Numbered from the stretch's first letter, positions 37,913 to 48,308 are shown. The stretch is 64,000 bases of DNA from an uncultured delta proteobacterium (GCA_963744545.1 CAVUUH010000044.1:135343-199342); one strand, 5' to 3'. The notes: generated by a model not told the origin, from the sequence alone. Made by a program: numbers and translations.

Positions 37913-39066
37913 GATCTGCGCTCCAGCACGAGACTTGCCTGCTCACTCATAATTCCGCCGTTGCCGTTGACGTATCCGAGCGCGGCATTTTTCACCTGGC
38001 GCTCGCCGCCGCGTCCCATCAACTGGCGAATCGCTTCGGTCACGTGACTCATTCCACCCGCGAGCCCCGGCTGTCCGAACGACAACTGCCCGCCATGAGT
38101 GTTGCACGGAAAATCGCCCGCGTAGGTCAGGTCGTGCTCCGCGACGAACGGGCCTCCCTGCCCTTTCTTGCAGAAGCCCGCATCTTCGAGCGTGACGATC
38201 ACGGTGATCGTGTAGCAGTCGTAGGGACACACGAGGTCCATCTCCTTCGGCTGCAAGCCCGCCATCTTGAACGCGTTCTCTGCGGCCGGCTTGATCGGCG
38301 AGGTCGTGATCGATGGCGCGTAGGTGATCGTCGAATGGTTGGCCGCCTCGCCTGCGCCCAGCAGCCATATCGGTGGATTCTTCGAGCGCTTCGCAACCTC
38401 GGGCGACGCGACAATTATCGCAGCACCGCCGCTAACCGGGCTCACGATTTCATATAGATGAAGCGGATCGACGATCATCCGCGAGTTCAGCACGTCGTCG
38501 ATCGTGAGCGCCTTGTCGTTGAACGTCGCCAGCGGATTCTTGAGTGCGTTGGTCCGTTGGTCGACCGCGACCTTCGCCATCTGCCGCGCAGTGGTGCCGT
38601 ACTCATGCATATGGCGATGCGCGATCATCGCGTAGCCGCAGTTTGCGCCGATATTTCCGTAGGGCGCCTCGAACTCGCGCTGCACTGACACGACCGGCGG
38701 ACGCTGGTCGCCGGCCTTGTTCAAGTCCGCCACCATGCAGAGAACCGCGCTGCACATCCCGGCGTCGATCGCAGCCGCAGCGCGCCAGATCATCCCGGCC
38801 GGACTCGCCCCGCCGATATCGACCTGGTTCAGCATCCGCAGGTTGAGCCCGAGCACTTCGGCCGCGCTCGCCGGATAGATCATTCCCGGATCCGAGAACG
38901 GCACGCCGACCAGGAATCCGTCGATATCTTTTTTGTCCAGCCCTGCGTCCGCGATCGCCTCGGCCGCCACTCGCGCCATCAGTCCTAGCGCGGTGAGGTC
39001 GCCGGGTTCCTTGACCGGTTTGAGTTCGCCAATTCCAATCGCCGCGGCTTTTCCCTTAAGGCTCAT
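37909..39066 (-). CDS. Thiolase-like protein (SCP-x / lipid-transfer protein family)
   Basis: Start refined to MSLKGKAAAIGIGEL; thiolase fold motifs, C-terminal GGQLSFGQPGLAGG. Confidence 0.8.
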   Translation of the reverse strand: MSLKGKAAAIGIGELKPVKEPGDLTALGLMARVAAEAIADAGLDKKDIDGFLVGVPFSDPGMIYPASAAEVLGLNLRMLNQVDIGGASPAGMIWRAAAAIDAGMCSAVLCMVADLNKAGDQRPPVVSVQREFEAPYGNIGANCGYAMIAHRHMHEYGTTARQMAKVAVDQRTNALKNPLATFNDKALTIDDVLNSRMIVDPLHLYEIVSPVSGGAAIIVASPEVAKRSKNPPIWLLGAGEAANHSTITYAPSITTSPIKPAAENAFKMAGLQPKEMDLVCPYDCYTITVIVTLEDAGFCKKGQGGPFVAEHDLTYAGDFPCNTHGGQLSFGQPGLAGGMSHVTEAIRQLMGRGGERQVKNAALGYVNGNGGIMSEQASLVLERRS

Positions 39067-39197
39067 CGCATCGACTCCCGCGTTTACGTTTTCTCGATTA
39101 CGCTTACCACAAATCGCGTCACGCGAGTCTGCCGCCAGGCAGTTCATTTCGTCGAAAAATTCTTATACCGTGATTCGTTCGAGGTGCTTTCAACCAA

Positions 39198-39377
39198 ATG
39201 GCATTTATCATCTGTGACGACCACAACCTTGACGTCGAAGCCGACGGAATCGACAACCCCGTCGCGAAGCAGTTGATGCTCACCGACGCCAAGCCGGACG
39301 CGACCCCGCTCGAAAAAGAGATCATGGAGTTCGGCAGAATCCATCGCAACTGCAACATCCGGATTCTCGCCGGCTAA
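39198..39377 (+). CDS. Possible small protein (59 aa), unknown
   Basis: High GC3 ORF MAFIICDDHNLDVEADGIDNPVAKQLMLTDAKPD...; weak RBS; overlapped by longer antisense ORF. Confidence 0.25.
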   Translation: MAFIICDDHNLDVEADGIDNPVAKQLMLTDAKPDATPLEKEIMEFGRIHRNCNIRILAG

Positions 39378-39530
39378 GTTCGAAATGGCGGGCACGGCGG
39401 CCCGCCCCACTTGAATTTGACTCCGCGACGCGATCGCCGGCTCGATGCGGCGATCGTTGCATTCACACGCCCGCGTGCATTTTACGCCTTCGATGTTGAC
39501 CAGCCGCGCAACCGGCAGATAGACTGCCAA

Positions 39531-39604
39531 AGCGGGGTGGAGCAGTCTGGTAGCTCGCCGGGCTCATAACCCGGAGGTCGAAGGTTCAAATCCTTCCCCC
39601 GCAA
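39531..39604 (+). tRNA. tRNA-Met, initiator type (anticodon CAT)
   Basis: Near-identical to E. coli tRNA-fMet; CTCATAA anticodon loop, three consecutive G-C pairs in anticodon stem, mismatched 1-72 pair (A-A); CCA not encoded. Confidence 0.85.
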
Positions 39605-40006
39605 ATCCTCAGTCTTCAAGATTTCGGCCATCTCAGAGAATCGATCGAAAAGCGCGCGTGTGCGCGCGATTTGCGATCGCCTATGGACCCGGAGAGCACG
39701 CTCCTCCGAGGTAACTGGTCCAAATCGCCCAATTCCTCTCTCGGCGCGATTTACCTAGGTCCACGGAGCATCGCCATTCATTCGCCTGATCGAACACTAC
39801 TGCCTCCCAGGCTTGGACAGATGGTCTTCTTACTTCGTTGCCTTGCCCTTGCCGGTCTGCCCCCGCTCAGCAGCCCGAGCTTTCATACTTTTCATGTATG
39901 AAAGTGTGAATTAAGTCCGCATACTATCCAACTTGTGGACCCAACCTCCAACCGCGCCGTGTAGTGAACGCGCACGGCGACTCGGACTCAAAGCTCCCCT
40001 CGATCT

Positions 40007-40810
40007 TCAGGGCTTTCGGCGGGCGACGTGCAGAATAGTCAGCTCGTGCTTGCGGACTATCCCGTCAGGACGGGTGTTGTGCAGGCGGCGCATCTCCGAG
40101 AACAACCATTCACGCTTCGCCGGTTCCATCAGGCGATGGTCAGAGGCGGTACTCATCAGCGCCACATGCTCCTCGGCATTGAAATCGGTGGTCCACACGT
40201 GGCGCGCGACGCGAACCTCTTCGAAGTAGCCGCTGCGCTCGATATCTTCGCTCAAGTCCTGCACCTGCTCAGGCGGTGGCGGTGGCCATGCACCATCCCA
40301 GCTTTGGCCGATCGCGTCGTAAGCTTTCTGGATCTCGCTGAAGAACGGATCGAATCCGGATGGGAAGGCGTGAGCACCCCACGTGAAGGCAAGGACTCCG
40401 CCGGGCTTCAGCACGCTCGCCGCCTTTGCATATCGCACCTGCGGGTCGATCCAGTGCCACGACGTCGCGGCGAAGACCATGTCGAACGTCGCCCCGGCCG
40501 GATCGAAATCCTCGAAGCGCTGGTTGACGACCGTGACGCGCGGAAACTCCGCCGTGTTTCGGCGCGCGATTCGGGCCAGATTCGGCCCCGGCTCGACGCC
40601 CACGACCCGGCATCCGCGCCGCGCCAGCGGCCGCGTCGCCAGCCCCGTTCCGCAGCCGATCTCCAATATTTGCGACTCGTCGGGCGACATTTCGGCGAGC
40701 GCAAAAAGATCGTCGAAGAGTTGCTCGGGATAGCCGCGACGCGCCCGGTCGTAAAGCTCCGCGACTTCGTCGAAGGTTTGAGCCCGCAAAGTCCTTCTTT
40801 CCTCATTCAC
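40007..40810 (-). CDS. Class I SAM-dependent methyltransferase
   Basis: Motif I ILEIGCGTGLATRPLARRG, motif post-I VVGVEPG. Confidence 0.8.
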   Translation of the reverse strand: MNEERRTLRAQTFDEVAELYDRARRGYPEQLFDDLFALAEMSPDESQILEIGCGTGLATRPLARRGCRVVGVEPGPNLARIARRNTAEFPRVTVVNQRFEDFDPAGATFDMVFAATSWHWIDPQVRYAKAASVLKPGGVLAFTWGAHAFPSGFDPFFSEIQKAYDAIGQSWDGAWPPPPPEQVQDLSEDIERSGYFEEVRVARHVWTTDFNAEEHVALMSTASDHRLMEPAKREWLFSEMRRLHNTRPDGIVRKHELTILHVARRKP

Positions 40811-40951
40811 GGTAAATTAACCTGCTTCAATGACGCAGTGTCAGCGTGTCTCCTCTCAAGCCACGGTCTACGCGAACCTCAACCTGCGGAGCCACGAACT
40901 GTTAGATGATATATGTACCCGGTCCATGGCCAGCCTGATCAAGAGTAAACG

Positions 40952-41236
40952 ATGAGCACCGCACGAATCGACCTCGACAGCAAGGACTCATTGCTGCGAA
41001 CCGAGAACGGATACATCGAGTCGTTCAACGGTCGGCTGCGTGATGAGTGTATGAACGTTCAGGTCTTCTTCACCTTGGCCGACGCGCGCGACAAGCTTGA
41101 GCAGTGGCGGCGCGATTACAACCAGGTTCGTCCGCACAGTGCGCTCGGCGACAGCGCTCCTGAGGAGTTTGCTCGCGCCTGGCAAACGGGGGCGGCGATC
41201 ACTTCTTCGGAGGGTTTGCGAGAGGGTCTCACTTGA
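40952..41236 (+). pseudogene. IS3-family transposase fragment (C-terminal end of OrfB/rve domain)
   Basis: ESFNGRLRDECMN...QWRRDYNQVRPHSALGDSAPEEF is the conserved C-terminus of IS3 OrfB; N-terminal 250+ aa missing. Confidence 0.75.
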
Positions 41237-41421
41237 GCTACTTGAGGTTTCAAACCGCCGGAAAGACCGGCACTAACCGACCATGCCAGGCCATTTTCTC
41301 CACTGCCGGTCGTACTAGTTTCGCTGGGCGGATCAAGTTTTCGGGTGCAGGCCAAAATTCGTGAATCTATCTTTCGGCAATCGTTGTTAGGTGACGCCTT
41401 CCCCCTTCCAATGCTAAGTGT

Positions 41422-41949
41422 TTAGAAGCTGCAATCCAAGACAAACGCCCTTACTAACCGATCAGGCCCCGAATTCGTCTCTGCTTGGGTCCTGAAAAAT
41501 TCTCGTGCTTCCTCTAATGTCCACTTCGGAACGCGGTCCCTCCGGTAGTCAGCAGGGTCCCAGCGCTGCGGATCAAACCAAGCGACCAGAAAAATGCCAT
41601 CACGACAGTCGGCGCTGCTCAAGTATTGGTCCAAGAGCTGATCTTTCATCGCCGAACGCACTTCCTGGTGCCAGCAACCCTTGAGCTCAATGACGGCCTT
41701 CAGACGCTCAAATTGTCCGGGTCTCGTTCCTTTCGAAACAGCGTCGATATGGACGTCAGTCTTCCCCAGTCCTTCAGGTCCATGGATCTCGACCTCGCGA
41801 TTTACAATGATGCCTCGTCTACTCAGATCTTGTTCGAAAAACGTCTTCACGTAGTTCGAGATCTCCGGCTCGCTTTGAGAGCGCCGGAGAGAAAATCCCT
41901 CAGTGAAGCGGCCGGATAGACCAGCCGCGCCGGAGTAAAACTCCAGCAC
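41422..41949 (-). CDS. Hypothetical protein, lower-GC; possible PD-(D/E)xK-like motif; 5' end lies inside IS21 left end
   Basis: DVHIDAV...IELKG spacing reminiscent of PD-(D/E)xK; GC about 55 percent vs about 65 percent flanks; start codon region overlaps inferred IS21 terminus. Confidence 0.35.
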   Translation of the reverse strand: MLEFYSGAAGLSGRFTEGFSLRRSQSEPEISNYVKTFFEQDLSRRGIIVNREVEIHGPEGLGKTDVHIDAVSKGTRPGQFERLKAVIELKGCWHQEVRSAMKDQLLDQYLSSADCRDGIFLVAWFDPQRWDPADYRRDRVPKWTLEEAREFFRTQAETNSGPDRLVRAFVLDCSF

Positions 41950-41986
41950 GCGATAGCCTTCAGCCTGGAGGGTTGAAGGCGGAGGG

Positions 41987-43483
41987 ATGAAAGGCGTGGA
42001 ACTGTATGGGCAGGTGCGACGAGCGGTTTATGTTGAAGGGCTGAGCCGGCGCGAGGCAGCGCGGCGATTCGGGATCGACCCGCGGACGGTGGCGAAGATG
42101 CTGGCGTTCTCGGTGCCGCCGGGATACCGGCGGGGCCGGCCGCCGGCGCGCCCGAAGCTGGATCCGTTCGTCGGGATCATCGATCGGATTCTGGAGGAGG
42201 ATAAGGGCCAGCCGGCCAAGCAGCAGCACACCTCCAAGCGGATCTTCGAGCGGCTGCGAGATGAGCATGGCTATGCGGGCGGGATCACTGTTGTAAAGGA
42301 GTACGTGCACGAACGCCGGCAACGGCAGCGCGAGATGTTCGTGCCGCTGCGCCACGACCCGGGACACGCGCAGGTAGACTTCGGCGAAGCGCTGGCGGTG
42401 ATCGGCGGGGAGGAGCGGAAGATCCACTTCTTCGCAATGGATCTGCCGCACAGCGACGGCTGCATGGTGCAGGCCTACCCGGCGGAGAGCAGCGAGGCCT
42501 TCTGCGAGGGCCATCGCGTCGGCTTCGAGTTCTTCGGCGGCGTCCCGCGCTCGATCCTGTACGACAACCTCAAGCTGGCGGTTGCGCGCATCCTGGGCGA
42601 TGGCCGCCGGTTGAGAACGCGGGTCTTCAGCGAGCTGCAGTCCCACTACCTGTTCGCCGACCGTTTCGGACGACCAGGAAAGGGTAACGACAAGGGCAAG
42701 GTCGAAGGGTTGGTGGGCTACGCGCGGCGCAACTTCATGGTCCCGATTCCGCACTCGTCCAGCTTCACGGAGTTGAACGCGCAGCTGCTGGAGTGCTGCC
42801 GCCGTCGATTGAACGATCGGCTGCGTGGCCATGATGAGACCATCGGCGAGCGGCTGGTGCGGGACCGCGCGGCCTTCCTGCCGTTGCCGGCCACTCCTTA
42901 TGAAGCGTGCGAGAAGAGAGCCGTCCGGGTCAGCTCGCTCTCGCTGGTGCGCTATCGCGGCAACGACTATTCGGTGTCAACCGCCTACGGCCACCGTGAA
43001 GTGCTGGTCCGCGGTTACGTCCATGAGGTGGTGATCGCCTGCGGCGCCGAAGAGATCGCTCGCCATCCGCGCTCCTATGAGCGCGAGGACTTCATCTTTG
43101 ATCCGCTGCACTACCTGGCGCTGCTGGAACGGAAGATCGGCGCGCTCGATCAAGCGGCTCCACTGGTCGGCTGGACCCTGCCTGAAGAGTTCGCGACCCT
43201 GCGCCGTCTGCTCGAGGCCCGCCTTGGCAAGCCGGGCAAGCGCGAGTTCGTGCAGGTGCTGCGCCTGCTGGAGGTGTTCCGCACCGATGATGTTTCGGCG
43301 GCAGTGAGAGAAGCCATCGCGCGCGGAGTGTTAAGCTTCGATGCGGTCAAGCATCTGGTGCTGTGCCGCATCGAACGGCGACCGCCGCGGTTGGACCTTA
43401 AGATCTATCCCTATCTGCCGCAGGCCACGGTAACGACCACCTCGCCCTCGGCCTACCTGAGCCTGCTGGCGGGAGGGGCATAG
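41987..43483 (+). CDS. istA: IS21-family transposase IstA
   Basis: N-terminal HTH RRAVYVEGLSRREAARRFGIDPRTVAKML, DDE core; 498 aa. Confidence 0.9.
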   Translation: MKGVELYGQVRRAVYVEGLSRREAARRFGIDPRTVAKMLAFSVPPGYRRGRPPARPKLDPFVGIIDRILEEDKGQPAKQQHTSKRIFERLRDEHGYAGGITVVKEYVHERRQRQREMFVPLRHDPGHAQVDFGEALAVIGGEERKIHFFAMDLPHSDGCMVQAYPAESSEAFCEGHRVGFEFFGGVPRSILYDNLKLAVARILGDGRRLRTRVFSELQSHYLFADRFGRPGKGNDKGKVEGLVGYARRNFMVPIPHSSSFTELNAQLLECCRRRLNDRLRGHDETIGERLVRDRAAFLPLPATPYEACEKRAVRVSSLSLVRYRGNDYSVSTAYGHREVLVRGYVHEVVIACGAEEIARHPRSYEREDFIFDPLHYLALLERKIGALDQAAPLVGWTLPEEFATLRRLLEARLGKPGKREFVQVLRLLEVFRTDDVSAAVREAIARGVLSFDAVKHLVLCRIERRPPRLDLKIYPYLPQATVTTTSPSAYLSLLAGGA

Positions 43484-43485
43484 TC

Positions 43486-44265
43486 ATGAGCGATACACCG
43501 CAAGTGCTGCTCGCTCATCACCTTAAGGCGCTGAGGCTCCCAACCTTCTTGCGCGAGTATGACAAGCTGGCGCGCCAATGCGCCGCCGAAGGCGTCGATC
43601 ACTCGCGCTACCTGCTGCGTCTTGCCGAGCTTGAGATGATCGATCGGGAACGGCGAACTGTCGAGCGCCGGATCAAGGAGGCCAGGTTCCCAGCGGTGAA
43701 GAGCCTCGACAGCTTCGACTTCGCCGCAATCCCCTCGCTCAACAAGACCCTGGTGCTGGAGTTGGCCCGCTCCGAGTATGTCACTCGCCGCGAGAACGTC
43801 ATCGCGGTCGGCAACAGCGGCACCGGTAAGACTCACATTGCGCTAGGCCTGGGGCTTGCCGCCTGCCAGAAGGGTCTCCCGGTTGGCTTCACCACTGCCG
43901 CGGCCCTGGTCAACGAACTGCACGAAGCACACGACGAAAAGCGCCTGCAGCGACTGCAACGGCAACTCGCCGGATTAAAGCTGCTGATCGTCGACGAGCT
44001 CGGCTACGTTCCGCTGTCGCAGACCGGCGCCGAGTTGCTGTTCGAGGTCTTCAGCCAGCGCTACGAACGCGGCTCAATCATCGTCACCAGCAATCTGCCC
44101 TTCGATGAGTGGACCGGCGTGTTCGGCTCCGAGCGACTGACCGGCGCGCTGCTCGATCGCCTCACCCATCATGTCCACATCCTCGAGATGAACGGCGATA
44201 GCTTCAGGCTTAAGCACAGCAGAGGTCAGATCGTAGAAGAGCAACCACCGCAAGAACCCGACTGA
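43486..44265 (+). CDS. istB: IS21 helper ATPase IstB
   Basis: Walker A GNSGTGKTHIA, Walker B LLIVDELGY. Confidence 0.9.
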   Translation: MSDTPQVLLAHHLKALRLPTFLREYDKLARQCAAEGVDHSRYLLRLAELEMIDRERRTVERRIKEARFPAVKSLDSFDFAAIPSLNKTLVLELARSEYVTRRENVIAVGNSGTGKTHIALGLGLAACQKGLPVGFTTAAALVNELHEAHDEKRLQRLQRQLAGLKLLIVDELGYVPLSQTGAELLFEVFSQRYERGSIIVTSNLPFDEWTGVFGSERLTGALLDRLTHHVHILEMNGDSFRLKHSRGQIVEEQPPQEPD

Positions 44266-44707
44266 CCCTACCACCGGGTCGCTCAGCCCTTAGTTCCACA
44301 GACGGGCGAGGGGGAAAATCCCCCTCGCGCTCCTCCTGCCAGAGCTCAAACCTACCCCGGCCAGACTGATGCATTTTTACTCCGGCCTGTTGATGTACTT
44401 TTGCTCCGGCGTTGACAGACGCGGGAGACCACCTCGAATCGGACTGCGCCATCAACCACGAATCCAATTTTCATAGCTACTTAGCCAGGGAAGCAAGGCC
44501 CGGTCGGCTGGGCTCGCTTGGCTGATGGCAGTTTTGGTGGTTGTTGCTGTGGACGATGTAATTGCTGCATGGGAGGCGGCACCAAGCCCGCAGTGAAAGA
44601 ACCGTGCTCTTCCGAGATTTCCCGGTCGCTGCACTCAGCGAGGCAATCTAGCTCAGCGGGAGCTATCGTTCAGACCGCGCGCGATGCTTAGATGCTGCCA
44701 GATTTTT

Positions 44708-45292
44708 TCAGCTTCGACGGCCCGCGAGCGGTTTTGGCCCGAGAAAGGTACCCGAGGCCGGCGCGACTGCTTTCAATTTGATCACCGCATCAGCAAGATC
44801 TTTGAGGTCCTGCTGCGCGCTCTCGGTAAGCTGGCCATCCACAAAATCGGCCGACAAGAGATAGACGCTGGTCGGCACGGCCAACGCTCCGAACCATGCA
44901 AGGACGTCGCGCAGATGCCAATCGACGCCAAGATAGTGATGCTGCGTCGCGCCCATCGCGACAATTCCGACGGGCTTTCCCGCCAGCGATTCGACAGGCA
45001 AATGATCGAGCATGTTCTTCAGCGCACCGGTGAAGGATCCGCGATAGACCGGACTCGCAACGATCACGCCGTCCGCCGCGCGTACGCTTTCGATGATCGC
45101 GGCGGTATCATCGTTGTATTGTTCAGGCGGCCTGCCGTCGGCGAACGCAACTTTCTTGTCGGCCAGATTGATCAGCTCGACCTCAAGATCTTTCCTCGAT
45201 CCACTCGCGGAATTGAGCAGCCATCGCGTCGCATTGAGCAACCTTCCTGGCGGCGTGACGCTTCCCACAATCGCTAGCAGTCTCGTCGGCAT
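44708..45292 (-). CDS. NAD(P)H-dependent FMN reductase (SsuE/MsuE-like)
   Basis: LAIVGS...DGVIVASPVYRGSFTGALKNMLD flavodoxin-like reductase motifs. Confidence 0.8.
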   Translation of the reverse strand: MPTRLLAIVGSVTPPGRLLNATRWLLNSASGSRKDLEVELINLADKKVAFADGRPPEQYNDDTAAIIESVRAADGVIVASPVYRGSFTGALKNMLDHLPVESLAGKPVGIVAMGATQHHYLGVDWHLRDVLAWFGALAVPTSVYLLSADFVDGQLTESAQQDLKDLADAVIKLKAVAPASGTFLGPKPLAGRRS

Positions 45293-45300
45293 AGAATTCT

Positions 45301-46410
45301 TTATCCGGCGATCCGCCCGGCTAAGGCAACGGTCTTGTGTCCCTCGCGCCCGGCAATCTCGCTTCTCACGAGTGGAATCAGTTCGCGGCCATAGTCGATA
45401 GCGTCTTCGAGCGGATCGAATCCGCGAATCAGAAAGGTCGTAACACCAAGGTCGTAGTAGGCGAGCATTGACTCGGCGACCTGCTCGGGCGTCCCGACCA
45501 GCGCGGTCGTATTTCCCCGTGCGCCGGTCGCGGCTGCGACTGCCGTCCAGAGCCTCTGGTCGAGAACTTCGCCTTCGGCCGCTGCCGCGAGCAATCGCTG
45601 CGAGCCAACGGCGCCTGGAGTTTTAGCCGGTGCTCCCAGCATCGCGTGCCCGCGGATCTCGCGGATCGTTTCTATGATGCGTCGCGCGCGCGCCCATGCC
45701 GCATCTTCGGTCGCCGCAAGGATCGGCCGGGTGGACAAGCTGAATCTTACGGTTCGTCCGTGCCGCGCCGCCGACGCTCGGACCTGCGCTATTGTCTTGG
45801 CAGCTTCCGCTAACGGCTCACCCCACAGCGCGTAAACGTCGGCATGCTTTCCTGCGATTGCGATCGCCGCATCCGAAGAGCCGCCGAAGTAGATCGGAAT
45901 GTGCGGCTTCTGCAGCGGCTTGATGTCCACGGACGAGCGCACGAACTTGTAGTACTTGCCTTCGTGATCGACCGGCTTGTCCGCGGTCCAGATGCGGCGA
46001 AGGATTTCGACATACTCGTCGGTGCGCTCGTAGCGCTCGTCATGCGAAATGAAATCGCCGTCCTTGCGCTGTTCGCCATCGTCACCGCCCGAGATGATGT
46101 GCACCGCGAGCCGACCGCCGCTGAAATGATCGAGCGTCGCCAGCTTGCGCGCTGCCACAGTCGGCGCGACGAAGCCGGGACGATGGGCCAGCATCAGGCC
46201 GAGCTTATCCGTCACGAACGCGGCGTACTGCGCGACGATGAAGCCGTCTGCCCCGTTCGAAAAATACCCAATGAGTATTCGGTCGAAGCCCGACTGCTCG
46301 TGGGCCTGCGCGAAGCGCCGCACGTAATCGACCTCGATCGCCGGTCCGCGCGGCGGGTGAATCTCCGATGCGGCCTGCGTGCCGATCATCCCGATGAACT
46401 CAACGCTCAT
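45301..46410 (-). CDS. LLM-class flavin-dependent monooxygenase (SsuD/alkanesulfonate monooxygenase-like)
   Basis: Start refined to MSVEFIG; [19 protein letters not shown] and C-terminal [29 protein letters not shown]. Confidence 0.8.
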   Translation of the reverse strand: MSVEFIGMIGTQAASEIHPPRGPAIEVDYVRRFAQAHEQSGFDRILIGYFSNGADGFIVAQYAAFVTDKLGLMLAHRPGFVAPTVAARKLATLDHFSGGRLAVHIISGGDDGEQRKDGDFISHDERYERTDEYVEILRRIWTADKPVDHEGKYYKFVRSSVDIKPLQKPHIPIYFGGSSDAAIAIAGKHADVYALWGEPLAEAAKTIAQVRASAARHGRTVRFSLSTRPILAATEDAAWARARRIIETIREIRGHAMLGAPAKTPGAVGSQRLLAAAAEGEVLDQRLWTAVAAATGARGNTTALVGTPEQVAESMLAYYDLGVTTFLIRGFDPLEDAIDYGRELIPLVRSEIAGREGHKTVALAGRIAG

Positions 46411-47140
46411 GGACGCTCTCCTTCGCTGGCGGCTGAAACCAGCGCTCAGCCCGCGGCGAGCGCTTCCGGCTGCCAGGCTGGTCGCCGGAATTGGCAGTTT
46501 CGGAAACAGCAGCTCCGCCACATAGTACGCCTCTTCCAGTCCCGGATAGCCCGAAAGCACGAACGTGTCGATACCGAGGTCGAGGTATTCCTCGAAGCGC
46601 CGCGACAGAGTTTTGGAATCGCCGACCAGCGCGGTCCCTGCCCCTCCGCGAACGAGACCAATGCCGGCCCACAGATTCGGGCTGATCTCGAGGTCTTCGC
46701 GGCGCCCGCCATGAAGCTGCTCCATCCGGCGTTGCCCGACCGAGTCCATGCGCGCGAAGGTTTGTTGCGCGATCGCCGAGATGCAGCCCCTCGCCCGCCA
46801 ATTCCGTCGGATCGCCGCCAGTGACGACATTGATAAGACATCGTCCGCCCGAAATCTTGTCCAGCGACGCCGCCATCCGTGCCGATACCGTGGGCGACAC
46901 CAATCCCGGCCGCACAGCCACCAGGAACCTCATGCGCCGCGTAACGGCCGCGAGCGAACTGGCGACTACCCAGGCGTCCTCGCATGAGCGGCCCGTCGGC
47001 AGCAGAGCGCCACCGAAACCGAGCCCGTCAACCGCCTCGGCGATTTGCTTTAGATAGAAGGGCGTGGCGCGCCGGCTTCCCTTGTCGGTCGCCAGATAGC
47101 GGCCGTCGCCGTGAGTCGGGATATACCAGAGAATTTCCAT
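46411..47140 (-). pseudogene. ssuD-like alkanesulfonate monooxygenase remnant with internal deletion of about 0.5 kb and frameshift
   Basis: N-terminal 125 aa ([16 protein letters not shown]...[10 protein letters not shown]...[21 protein letters not shown]) in one frame; C-terminal piece ([48 protein letters not shown]...[21 protein letters not shown]) in another; junction near 46765-46776; middle about 170 residues absent. Confidence 0.6.
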
Positions 47141-47245
47141 GACTGGGTCGCTCTCCGTCGTCAAATCAAAAGGAACGCGGACAGACGGCTCAGACGTAGC
47201 GGCCGCCCGCCCGCGTCGGGGGACTCCGTTATTCAAGCTCGGTCG

Positions 47246-48166
47246 TCAGGATGCGGCCGCCGCCACCGGCTCGCGTTGCGCCGACTCCTTCTTGAGAATC
47301 CGGCTCCGACGACCGTCGATGCTGATGGGCACATCGCCGGCGACAGTCACTCGTCGATGCAATCTCGGCTGCTTGCCGTAGTCGTCGATTGCCACGTGCT
47401 GAGTCGCGCGGTTATCCCAGATCGCGACGTCGCCCACCGACCATCGCCATCGCACCGTGTTCTCCAGACGCGTCACGTATCCTTGCAGCAGAGCGAAGAG
47501 CTGCCTCGAATCGGCTTGCGGCAGATCGACAAAATGCCGCAGGAAAGCTCCCAGCACGAGAGTCCGCTCGCCGGTTCCAGGATGCACGCGGACGACAGGA
47601 TGTTCGGTCTCATAAACCGTGGACGTGAAAACATCGAAGTATCGTTTCAGCTTGTCGGATGTGGCCTTCGTGGGCACTGAATAGTCGTACGCGTTGCTGT
47701 GCACCGCCCAGAGGTTGTTGGCGATTTCCTGCAGCTTGGGCGGCAACGATTGATACGCCGCCGCTGTGTTGGCCCATGCAGTATCGCCGCCATGCGTCGG
47801 AACGATCAGCGCGCGCAGAATCGATGCTTGCGGATAGGCGTCGACGAAGGTCACGTCGGTGTGCCACGCGGTCGCGCGATTCCCGTGAGTGCCGTCGATG
47901 TCCAACACGGCTTCAGTGCCCTTTACCGACGGAACGGTAGGATGCGGCACGATGTCGCCGAGCAGGCGGCCGAAAGCCTCGTGGCTCGCTTCGTCGAGAT
48001 GCGCCTGCTCACGGAAGAAAATCACTTTGTATTTGAACAAGGCCTGACGAATTGACTCGACGGTTGCGGGCTCCAACTCGCCTGAAAGCCGCACACCCGC
48101 AACCTTGGCGCCGATCCGTCCGGCAATCGGTAAAATCTCGAAACTACCTTTTCCATTCGTGCTCAT
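47246..48166 (-). CDS. Taurine dioxygenase TauD/TfdA-family alpha-ketoglutarate-dependent dioxygenase
   Basis: Start refined to MSTNGKG with GAAAGGAG RBS; HxD iron motif WHTDVTF and distal His in RATQHVAIDDY. Confidence 0.8.
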   Translation of the reverse strand: MSTNGKGSFEILPIAGRIGAKVAGVRLSGELEPATVESIRQALFKYKVIFFREQAHLDEASHEAFGRLLGDIVPHPTVPSVKGTEAVLDIDGTHGNRATAWHTDVTFVDAYPQASILRALIVPTHGGDTAWANTAAAYQSLPPKLQEIANNLWAVHSNAYDYSVPTKATSDKLKRYFDVFTSTVYETEHPVVRVHPGTGERTLVLGAFLRHFVDLPQADSRQLFALLQGYVTRLENTVRWRWSVGDVAIWDNRATQHVAIDDYGKQPRLHRRVTVAGDVPISIDGRRSRILKKESAQREPVAAAAS

Positions 48167-48308
48167 TACTTGCTCCTTTCTATTTCTGCAGCGCGCGGCG
48201 CCCTGCGCGTTCCAACTGATGGGTCCGATCGATCGTGAATTGTCTTCGTACCAATGTGGCATCGGTGCCTCCCACTCCTGATTCGTTACTTTTTCTGCTA
48301 TCGCGCGA

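Larger units (their letters stand above)
41871..44409 (+). mobile_element. IS21-family insertion sequence (istA-istB), ends inferred
   Basis: Repeated IstA-site-like motifs GCGCCGGAG(A/T)(A/G)AAAA near left end (41880, 41921) and inverted TTTTTACTCCGGCC / CTTTTGCTCCGGCG near right end (44360, 44390); TG...CA termini guessed. Confidence 0.6.

Noticed and set aside
37284-37946. 220-aa minus-strand ORF
   Set aside because: Upstream two-thirds is antisense to the DUF35 gene region and junk-like; only the 3' tail might be a real small ORF (kept as a low-confidence note in findings).
39144-39530. 128-aa minus-strand ORF abutting the tRNA
   Set aside because: Poor composition; the opposite strand has a better small ORF and the tRNA begins 1 nt beyond it.
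44290-44325. Perfect hairpin GCGAGGGGGAAAATCCCCCTCGC after istB
   Set aside because: Lies inside the inferred IS21 right end and lacks a T-tract; more likely part of the IS terminal structure than a host terminator.
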